DNA of 64,000 nucleotides from a virus (Duplodnaviria; Caudoviricetes): IMG/VR virus record IMGVR_UViG_3300029305_011953, positions 1 to 64,000 of that record; one strand, 5' to 3'. Shown piece by piece: positions 56,711 to 64,000 of this stretch (position 1 is its first letter; each line of letters starts with the position of its first letter). The notes under the pieces were generated by a model. It saw only the letters and a program-made list of their open reading frames with translations, ran no database searches and was not told where the DNA came from. The position numbers and the translations under genes were made by a program.

Positions 56711-57672
56711 TTTCTACTCTCCGATGCAAGGAAGTAAAGCACTTCCACTATTTTATTTTCTAATTCTTGTAAAACTCTCATCAATTTTGCCCTTGCCTCT
56801 GTGGACGTGAGGTCAATTTTTGTATTTGTTTTCATACGATTAATTGAACTTATCCACATAGGTATCGTTAAGGATAACTCGTTAAGAGAGGCGTCTGGGT
56901 CGAATTTAGGCATATCCTTGATGGAAGGCTTACTGACAACTGGTTGCGGGTTTGGCTGTGCGGAAGTTTCATCAAGCAGATACCTTGTCCGCTTATATTG
57001 GACGAAAGGAACGCTGTTCTCTTTGATACGTTGGTGTATTTTTTTCATTTCCGCAGGGGAGAGCTTTGAAATTGCGATAATGTTTTCGTGGGAAATTTTA
57101 TATCTTCCTGACAAAATTTTATGGGCAAGGTCTGGCTCATGTGATTTGATAATATCGATTGCTTTCGTGAAAGTGGAATACTTATGTACCGTAGCGTGGG
57201 TGATATGGTTTTCATTGGCGATACGTTGTGCGGTTTTATGCCGAGAGGCACTTTCTACAACGTTGAAATCGGCAGGTAAATCATCTTCTGGGGGAATGGT
57301 ATATTGATTGTTCCCCGTTGGGTTTTTGGATGCGTTGACGATTTTTTCCGACTCATACTGTCGACCGATTAAGTATCGACGGCTTTCATCTGACAAATTC
57401 CTGCGGCCGAGTTGATTTTTGCATATCCAAGCAATGGCTTCTTCTCGGCAAGAAAAGTCCATTTCCATCACTTCAAAAGGGATAGCGTTTTTGGAGCAGA
57501 TTTCATAACGATTATGCCCGTCAACGATAATTCCATTCCAAGTAATGATAGGGTCTCGGCAACCATCTGCTTTAATATTTTCTTCTAATTGCACAAATTC
57601 CTTCCGTTTAAGTGGACGAATAATTGTTTTAAATTCCTCGTCGATTTTAAGAAGGCGGAGTTTCTTTTCCAT
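56707..57672 (-). CDS. ParB-N-like domain + HTH protein
   Basis: QLEENIKADGCRDPIITW..IIVDGHNRYEIC, QLGRRNL, TAQRIANENHITHATVHKY. Confidence 0.75.
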   Translation of the reverse strand: MEKKLRLLKIDEEFKTIIRPLKRKEFVQLEENIKADGCRDPIITWNGIIVDGHNRYEICSKNAIPFEVMEMDFSCREEAIAWICKNQLGRRNLSDESRRYLIGRQYESEKIVNASKNPTGNNQYTIPPEDDLPADFNVVESASRHKTAQRIANENHITHATVHKYSTFTKAIDIIKSHEPDLAHKILSGRYKISHENIIAISKLSPAEMKKIHQRIKENSVPFVQYKRTRYLLDETSAQPNPQPVVSKPSIKDMPKFDPDASLNELSLTIPMWISSINRMKTNTKIDLTSTEARAKLMRVLQELENKIVEVLYFLASESRK

Positions 57673-57678
57673 CGGTCT

Positions 57679-58035
57679 TTAAGCCTCCAACTCGACTTTT
57701 TCGACGTTGTCAAACGCAAAAAGTGCGACTTTTTTTGCCTGATTTACTTCGCCTCGCAAACGATAACAAGTTGTTCTGTCTGTCCAACCCAAAGCCTTGA
57801 ATAGCTGTTGGGTTAATGCAAAGCTGTAAATTTCATAGCTATTGTCTTTGCAAACGTGGCTATTGATGGTGATGCACCCAGGCTCTTCGTTGGGGATGCT
57901 GCGAACAGCAAGCATTCTGGTGTCGGGGTTGACAAGCAAATGAATATACTTGGGCGAACCGAGTTCCTGTAATAACGTTTTATAAAAACGCATTCTGTAT
58001 TTTCGTGGGTCGATAGAAATAATTGCAGTAGACAT
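57679..58035 (-). CDS. Hypothetical protein; stand-alone copy of the domain shared with the next two genes
   Basis: KYIHLLVNPDTRMLAVR...LFKALGW...YRLRG aligns by eye with neighbours. Confidence 0.65.
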   Translation of the reverse strand: MSTAIISIDPRKYRMRFYKTLLQELGSPKYIHLLVNPDTRMLAVRSIPNEEPGCITINSHVCKDNSYEIYSFALTQQLFKALGWTDRTTCYRLRGEVNQAKKVALFAFDNVEKVELEA

Positions 58036-58050
58036 AAAATGTCCTCCTTA

Positions 58051-58836
58051 TTAAACAATGGATTGTTGAACCACCGCAGGAACGTTATCGGACGGTTGTT
58101 CGGAAGGCGGTTCGGGCGGAGGTGTAGCGGGTTTATTGGCTTCTTTAATAGAATAAACGGCGTAGCCTTCAAAAATGTTTATACGCATGGTTTGTTTATG
58201 CTCGTTCAAAGTCATACCGAACTGATTCTGCCAATTAGCAGGATAAATTGCGGTACGAGATGTTTTCGGCTTTTCGCCTTCTCTGACTGTGCGTTGATAA
58301 ACTTCCGTAGCGGTTAAATCGAATACGAGTAAATATTCGCCGTTTGCGTGGATGAGTTTGCCGAGGATTTTATACTTATAATGCGGATTCCATCCCATCA
58401 AATCTACGATTTTTGCGAAGAAAATCTTGCAAGTAATAGAACGAGTTTTGCGCTTTCCGTTGGAAGGATTACACCAAGGGAAAGAGTCTCTTGCGCCTTC
58501 TTCGCAGGGGCGCAGAGCAAGAATTTTCTTTTCACGATTCACGAGAACCTGGGCGTAGTTTGCATTCGGGAATTTAGACAAACACGCTGCGTTCGCAAAG
58601 AATTTACATTCATTAAAGGTAATAGAGGGTTCTTTAAGGTGGGCGAAGAATTCACGTCTTACGACTTGGAAGTCGTCGAAGTCAAAGTCTTCACTCATAT
58701 CAAGTAATTCATCCGTTTCCTTTAATTTAGGCGTTTGCTCGTCCGAAGACGGGGTAGGCAGATCGGCAGGGGAATCGTCCTGCACCTTTTCTAATAATCC
58801 TGCTAAAACATCTTTTTTTTCATTCATCTCATCCAT
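58051..58836 (-). CDS. Hypothetical protein homologous to the C-terminal domain of the adjacent recombinase
   Basis: DFDFDDFQVVRREFF...PSITF...NYAQVLVN..KKILALR...WNPHYKYKILG. Confidence 0.7.
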   Translation of the reverse strand: MDEMNEKKDVLAGLLEKVQDDSPADLPTPSSDEQTPKLKETDELLDMSEDFDFDDFQVVRREFFAHLKEPSITFNECKFFANAACLSKFPNANYAQVLVNREKKILALRPCEEGARDSFPWCNPSNGKRKTRSITCKIFFAKIVDLMGWNPHYKYKILGKLIHANGEYLLVFDLTATEVYQRTVREGEKPKTSRTAIYPANWQNQFGMTLNEHKQTMRINIFEGYAVYSIKEANKPATPPPEPPSEQPSDNVPAVVQQSIV

Positions 58837-58842
58837 TTCGTT

Positions 58843-60735
58843 TTACTCCTGTAATGAAACACCGCTTAATTCGGCGTGTATGTATTTTTTAAGTACGTCA
58901 AAGCCAGTCACATTGATACGTTTTCCCGTTTCATAGAGTTGACCTTGTAAGCGTAAATTCCAGTCTTGCTCGTTCTGGGTATCGAGCGTGTCAAGTGTTA
59001 ATTCGTGCAAATAATAGTCCTTCCCAAATGAACTCGTCCACTCTTGAGGGATAGCTCGTATTCTTTTGCCAGCCGTGGTTAGCGGTTTGGCTTGTTCGCT
59101 CTGTTCGTCTGGCGTAGCTCGTTCAAGCATATGTGGATTAAGGAAAGCCTCCGAGTTCTGGGCATCGAAAATATAAACGAGTTCGTCGTCTTTTTCATAG
59201 ATAGACCCGATTATTTTATAGCGACAGTCCGTATTCCAAGAAAACAATTCAAATAGTGTATCGTTGAACGCTGCCGAAGAGATATCTTTGGGAACATACT
59301 TCTTCATTGAGAGCTTGGAGCAATGAACGCCGTGGCGGTTATTTGCATCTGTGGCGCGAATTGCAAACTTCTTCTCAATAGGGTGGATAAGCAATTCAAT
59401 ATAATTTTTTGCGCCGAATTTACGGATGATTTCCGTGCTGAACTTGATTTTCTTACTGCCGAATGAAACAGAAGGTTTGCGGAAAGTATCGAAAAATTCC
59501 GAACGGGTAACTTCAAAACCACGCATATCAAAATCACCGGCAGAGAACTCGATTTTCAAATCTTCGTCTTTGCTTTGGGTAGGAACGCTTTCCGTGCCGT
59601 CAGCTTCGGTTATATAAACGCTTTGAGATGCGTTGATATAGTCGGTAAATTTGAAACCAGCCCAGCGTGGATTGATGGATACAAAACCTTTCAATTTACC
59701 TTCTTCGATTACTCGAAGTTCAGGCAAAAAAGCCTTATTCCTAAACTTTGCGTTGTCGAGCATATGCTGAACGGCGATAAAGTCATCTCTGGACACGATA
59801 GCCTCGTGGTGATTAAAATATCGGCTTTGCGGTCTTTTTCCGTAATTCTTTTTAGACTTGTGATCGTGGTAATCGGGGGTGTAGGTTTTTCTTGTCAATA
59901 CATCCCCACAATGACGTTCATTTCTTAATATTTGAACCACGCCGTTTGCCGTCCATTTCACGTTTCCAAGATAGGACTTTCGTTCGAGGGCGTTCAATGC
60001 CTCGGCGATATGCTTTGTGGAATAGCCGTATAAATACATATAAAAGACCAGTTTAACGGTGGGGGCTTCGTCCTCATTAATGACGAGATTGCCTTCGGCA
60101 TCGTGCGTGTAACCGAGCAGTTTCGGAGTAAGAGGGATACCGTTATCCAAACGCATACGAAGGGATGTTTCCATACTTCGACTGCGGGTATGAGATTCTT
60201 CTTCCGCCATTGTTGCTTGGAAGGTGAGAGCCAATTGCGCATCGTCATTCAAAGAGAAGATTGCTTCGGATTCAAAGAAAACGCCTACCCGACGTTTAAG
60301 GTGCGCAAGGCTACGGACAACGCCAATGAAGTCTTCCAGGTTTCTGGCGAAACGAGAGACGCTTTTCGTGATAATCATATCGAACTTACTTGCTTTGGCA
60401 TCTTCAATCATCTGCATGAACTCTTGACGGTGTTCCTTATTCGTACCGCTTTTTCCTTCGTCGGCATAAATTTTTACAAGTGTCCAGTTAGGGTGCTGAC
60501 GGACGAAATCTTCATAATACTTCTTCTGTAATTCAAAGGATGTTGTTTGGCGAATATCGTCAGTTGAAACACGAACGTAAATAGCAACACGCTGATGGAT
60601 GTCATTATCATAGTAATCCGTTTCCTTTTCGGCGGGTATGTATTCGTAATTATCGGGGTCAATCCGTACTTGCATACGTTGACGGGTCTTCGCCTTCTTT
60701 TGGGCGAGGAGTTCTCTTTTTTCTATATCAATCAT
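58843..60735 (-). CDS. Large serine recombinase 3 with extra C-terminal domain
   Basis: AIYVRVST, KSVSRFARN, recombinase domain; no Cys Zn ribbon seen; DFDMRGFEVTRSEFF domain at ~59164-59535. Confidence 0.9.
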   Translation of the reverse strand: MIDIEKRELLAQKKAKTRQRMQVRIDPDNYEYIPAEKETDYYDNDIHQRVAIYVRVSTDDIRQTTSFELQKKYYEDFVRQHPNWTLVKIYADEGKSGTNKEHRQEFMQMIEDAKASKFDMIITKSVSRFARNLEDFIGVVRSLAHLKRRVGVFFESEAIFSLNDDAQLALTFQATMAEEESHTRSRSMETSLRMRLDNGIPLTPKLLGYTHDAEGNLVINEDEAPTVKLVFYMYLYGYSTKHIAEALNALERKSYLGNVKWTANGVVQILRNERHCGDVLTRKTYTPDYHDHKSKKNYGKRPQSRYFNHHEAIVSRDDFIAVQHMLDNAKFRNKAFLPELRVIEEGKLKGFVSINPRWAGFKFTDYINASQSVYITEADGTESVPTQSKDEDLKIEFSAGDFDMRGFEVTRSEFFDTFRKPSVSFGSKKIKFSTEIIRKFGAKNYIELLIHPIEKKFAIRATDANNRHGVHCSKLSMKKYVPKDISSAAFNDTLFELFSWNTDCRYKIIGSIYEKDDELVYIFDAQNSEAFLNPHMLERATPDEQSEQAKPLTTAGKRIRAIPQEWTSSFGKDYYLHELTLDTLDTQNEQDWNLRLQGQLYETGKRINVTGFDVLKKYIHAELSGVSLQE

Positions 60736-61396
60736 TTTGCGCTATTCCTTTTAGGGGTTCTTCGTTATCGTCGGGAAGGAGTTTCCAGTTCTCGGACGGG
60801 AAGAAGAAATCTTTGTCCGAAGTGTCACTACGATAATAGGTGGCAAGCGTGAAGATGTCTTCTGATGCGAAGTACATTCCAATAGGGTGGGGCAACGCTG
60901 CGAAATATCGTGCGAGTAAAGTGAGTTCCATCATATCCTTGGAAACGTTAGATACCTTTTGCGTAATGATAAGGTCAACCTTGCCTTCCATACAGTCGTT
61001 CAACAATCGACTCCATTCGGGGGCGGATTCCATATAGGGAGCAGTAGCACCTTCGTCGATATAAAATCCAACGAACGTCCACTTGGGATATTGTGCGAGG
61101 ACATCCTCGTATTGCTTTTTATGGTAGTCGAGATAATTCTCGTACTTGGTTTGATTGAAGTAGCGAATATAAACTCCGACTTTGAATGGTTTTGCTGGGT
61201 TCGGCGTTTCGTGTCGAATCGTTTTTAACCACGCAGAATGTTTGGCAACTTTCTCACCGTGTTTTGTCGTTGGGATAAAAGACGAGCCTAACTGCGCCAA
61301 CGGCGTGATCTCCGTTGTATGGGCGCAAGAAACCAAGCTGGTGTCATCCGCCTGCATTAATTCCGTTGAATTCTCTGTATTTTTACTCTCTTGCAT
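60728..61396 (-). CDS. Resolvase-fold protein lacking the catalytic serine motif
   Basis: VGVYIRYFN in place of YxRxS; TQKVSNVSKD in place of TKSxSRFARN; GGAGG RBS before ATG 61396. Confidence 0.7.
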   Translation of the reverse strand: MQESKNTENSTELMQADDTSLVSCAHTTEITPLAQLGSSFIPTTKHGEKVAKHSAWLKTIRHETPNPAKPFKVGVYIRYFNQTKYENYLDYHKKQYEDVLAQYPKWTFVGFYIDEGATAPYMESAPEWSRLLNDCMEGKVDLIITQKVSNVSKDMMELTLLARYFAALPHPIGMYFASEDIFTLATYYRSDTSDKDFFFPSENWKLLPDDNEEPLKGIAQND

Positions 61397-61560
61397 ATCT
61401 GCCTCCATTACATTTATATCAAGTATAAGGCATTTGGAAGAAATTGGAAATCGACCATAGGTTAAATCGTAAACCACGAGTTTATGTTTTTGGAAAAATT
61501 TTACAAAAAATAAGAGACAGCAGCGAACTGCTATCTCTTTTTGTCGTTTATTGGGATAAT

Positions 61561-61908
61561 TTAATTGTTAGCTCGAAGGGTTTCTTTTAGATTTTTTACG
61601 AATTTAAGGATTGTTTCCATCTCTGTGGGGGAGCAATCGGATAATAAAGAAGCGAACTCTGTTTGATAAATGTCGTTTACCTGCGGAAGATCGGGACGGA
61701 TGAGGCTGTCTGAGGAAATTTCCAAGGCTGTGCATATAGCGATGAGTGAGGTAACACGGAAATTTGCTTTACCGCGTTCAATATCGCTTATATTCGACAC
61801 TCCAATTTTTGTTTCAAAGGCGAGGTCTTCTTGACTCATATTTTTTTCAAGACGAGCCGAACGAATGCGCTGACCTATAGCCTCCAAAATAATTTTTACA
61901 TTGTCCAT
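61561..61908 (-). CDS. XRE-family HTH regulator
   Basis: IGQRIRSARLEKNMSQEDLAFETKIGVSNISDIERG. Confidence 0.9.
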   Translation of the reverse strand: MDNVKIILEAIGQRIRSARLEKNMSQEDLAFETKIGVSNISDIERGKANFRVTSLIAICTALEISSDSLIRPDLPQVNDIYQTEFASLLSDCSPTEMETILKFVKNLKETLRANN

Positions 61909-62049
61909 GGAATTGTCTCCTTTGCCTTTTGACTATGTTCTTGCATAAATTTTATCACTTTTTGACAAAGTAGTGAAATGCCAAATGACGAAACTTGGTC
62001 TTTTGGCTATAATATAAGTAAGAAAATTTTTAGTTTGGAGGACTAAATT

Positions 62050-62409
62050 ATGATTTTTAACTATTTAACTATCGGTCAACGAGTGAGAGATGCGAGACGG
62101 AAGAAGCGTTTCTCACAGGCGGAACTTGCCCATCGGGTAGGCGTAACAACGTGCTACATAAGCTACATTGAAAGTGGCTATAAGTGTATGAGCTTGGAAA
62201 CTCTGATTCGCGTTGCAAATGCATTAGAAGTAACAGCCGACGTTTTTTTGGCGGATTGTTTGGATAAGCATTTGGTTGCAAGCGAGGCAGAGTTTTCTTT
62301 GATTTTAGAGGACTGTTCCTTGTATGAAAGCCGTGTTATTCTCGATAATGCGCGAGAGTTAAAACGAATTTTGCGAGAAAATCTATTTACAAAATCAAAC
62401 CGTGAATAA
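62050..62409 (+). CDS. XRE-family HTH regulator, divergent paralogue
   Basis: IGQRVRDARRKKRFSQAELAHRVGVTTCYISYIESG. Confidence 0.9.
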   Translation: MIFNYLTIGQRVRDARRKKRFSQAELAHRVGVTTCYISYIESGYKCMSLETLIRVANALEVTADVFLADCLDKHLVASEAEFSLILEDCSLYESRVILDNARELKRILRENLFTKSNRE

Positions 62410-62475
62410 ATTATAAACGCATTTTTTCATAACGGCAATCGACCGAAAGTTAAAATTTAGACCAACGGTAGAATT

Positions 62476-62613
62476 GGTTGCGTATATAATTTTTGGTTTC
62501 GATTATATGAAATTCCTTTTTTTGGTAAAAAGGGATTATTTTGTGCTACAATTTTTTTCCGCTTGAAGAGGGAGGTTGCGTATATGATTTTGGTTTTCGT
62601 TTATATGAAAATT
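62476..62613 (+). repeat. Two 37-bp direct repeats (33/37 identical), 98 bp apart
   Basis: GGTTGCGTATATAATTTTTGGTTTCGATTATATGAAA at 62476; variant at 62574. Confidence 0.75.
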
Positions 62614-62674
62614 ACGGACGTGAAAAAACCCTCTTTTTTTATGCTATAATGTTTTGACCTTTGGAGGGATTAAT

Positions 62675-63457
62675 ATGAAATACTACGTAGTTGCGGATAT
62701 CCATAGCTTTTATTCCGAACTGGAAACCGCTTTAAAAGAGAAGGGATTTTTTGAGGATACCGAGCCTCACAAGTTGATTATTTGCGGAGATCTGTTTGAC
62801 CGTGGGGATGAGTCACTTAAGGTGCAGCAGTTTGTTATTGACCTTATGGAAAAGGATGAAGTCATTTTAATCAAAGGCAACCACGAGGATATGCTTTTGG
62901 AAATGGTGCGGAACGCAAATAGATGGTTTAATTTACCAGATATCGAGTATTCCCATCATTGGCATAACAGGGCTGTAAAGACGGTCTTGGATTTGACGGG
63001 ACTTAACTATTTTGACCTTGATAACCCTACAAAAGTGGCAAAGGCAATAAAGGATACTCCTCTCTTTAAAAAGATTATTCCCGCAATGAAGGATTATTAT
63101 GAGACCGAGCATTATATTTTTGTCCACGGATGGATTCCGTGCTATGAAATCGATACGCACGTGTTTCCTAAAGTTCTCGGCTATATGGACGACTGGCGAG
63201 AGGCGGCGGTTATGGAGTGGGACTATGCTCGTGGTTATAACGGTATGCTTGCGTGGTCGCAGGGGATTAAAGAGCCAAATAAAACCATTGTATGTGGGCA
63301 TTGGCATTGTTCGTGGGGGCATTGCAATATTGACGGAAAAGGTACGGAATTTGGTAAAGATGCTGATTTTACACCGTTTTACGGGGAAGGTATAATTGCG
63401 ATTGACACCTGCACAACGCTTTCACGAAAAGTAAACTGTATTGTTCTGGAGGATTGA
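62675..63457 (+). CDS. Calcineurin-like metallophosphoesterase
   Basis: DIH, GDLFDRG, GNHE, FVHG, GHW; TGcTATAAT upstream. Confidence 0.88.
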   Translation: MKYYVVADIHSFYSELETALKEKGFFEDTEPHKLIICGDLFDRGDESLKVQQFVIDLMEKDEVILIKGNHEDMLLEMVRNANRWFNLPDIEYSHHWHNRAVKTVLDLTGLNYFDLDNPTKVAKAIKDTPLFKKIIPAMKDYYETEHYIFVHGWIPCYEIDTHVFPKVLGYMDDWREAAVMEWDYARGYNGMLAWSQGIKEPNKTIVCGHWHCSWGHCNIDGKGTEFGKDADFTPFYGEGIIAIDTCTTLSRKVNCIVLED

Positions 63458-63458
63458 A

Positions 63459-64000
63459 ATGAGTGCGGATTTTGAACCGTTTGAAGAAGTGGACGGAGAT
63501 GAAGAATATAAAAACCGTTGCCTATTTTCGGACATTTACTACGATAAATTTAATCAAGATGATGATGAATACGTTTTAACAAGAAGGGTGGCCGCATTTT
63601 TCGCCTCAAAGGAGAGAACTCGCTATCTGGGAATAATAAGCTATTTGTATTTCGCCAGCGTTTATGTCCCGTATTGCGATGACGGTAAAATCGCCACAGC
63701 GGATTTTAATGGAAAGGTGGGCGTTTGTTTTTATACTGTCCCCGACATAATTCCCGTTGATGTTGCAATGGAGTATCGGTGGGAACGCAAAGAGTTTAGA
63801 AAGTTTTTCCACTCGACGGATGCAACGTTATTTTTAATAAATTATGCGAGTGATTGCGTTGCGTTACCGTGCGATATTGTTAAGAAAATGTTTGCTATGA
63901 TGGCATCCTTCACGGGGCGATATGACGTTGAAGGGTATTATGCGGAGTTATCCACAATAAAGCAAATGGTTATGCCAAGCGAGTATTTTAAGAAGAGACA
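63459..64000 (+). CDS. Hypothetical protein, 3'-truncated by the window end
   Basis: Translated by hand: frame open from ATG 63459 (MSADFEPFEE...) to the end; GGAGG upstream. Confidence 0.55.
   Translation, partial: MSADFEPFEEVDGDEEYKNRCLFSDIYYDKFNQDDDEYVLTRRVAAFFASKERTRYLGIISYLYFASVYVPYCDDGKIATADFNGKVGVCFYTVPDIIPVDVAMEYRWERKEFRKFFHSTDATLFLINYASDCVALPCDIVKKMFAMMASFTGRYDVEGYYAELSTIKQMVMPSEYFKKR

Noticed and set aside
1-64000. tRNA, rRNA, IS transposases, conjugation genes, classical toxin-antitoxin pairs
   Set aside because: No cloverleaf/rRNA-like sequence, DDE/HUH transposase, relaxase/T4SS or recognisable TA motifs seen by eye; tRNAscan and HMM scans were not run

Overview
The window is almost entirely accessory DNA from a low-GC, genetic-code-11 bacterium, probably Bacillota/Clostridia-like. 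No database searches were run; family names come from motif recognition and recall. Layout from left to right: (1) 1-5025, an operon of hypothetical genes. (2) 5.3-11.7 kb, an AT-rich restriction-modification operon: an Xis-like HTH, two paralogous C5 methyltransferases and McrB/McrC-like genes, in an LlaJI-like arrangement. (3) ~11.7-55.67 kb, an apparently near-complete siphovirus prophage resembling the phi-m46.1/phi-SsUD.1/Tn6164-prophage type. It carries an ImmA/IrrE-HTH regulator, a sigma-like activator, a DUF2800/DUF2815/PolA/primase/VRR-NUC/SNF2 replication module, HNH-terS, a metK + methyltransferase + radical SAM block, terL, an HK97-type head, a tail, a holin but no recognisable endolysin, and two large serine recombinases. 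(4) 55.7-62.4 kb, a convergent module: two XRE regulators, a catalytically degenerate resolvase-like protein, a large serine recombinase with an extra C-terminal domain that recurs in the next two genes, and two ParB-like genes. (5) A metallophosphoesterase and a gene running off the window end. Best leads: the recombinase/ParB module; a stand-alone cGAS/DncV-like nucleotidyltransferase moron; an alternative-frame gene nested in the phage C5 methyltransferase (M.EcoHK31I beta-like); a lysis cassette with a membrane HExxH protein instead of an endolysin; and a family of repeated sites linking the packaging region, the prophage right end and the recombinase module.
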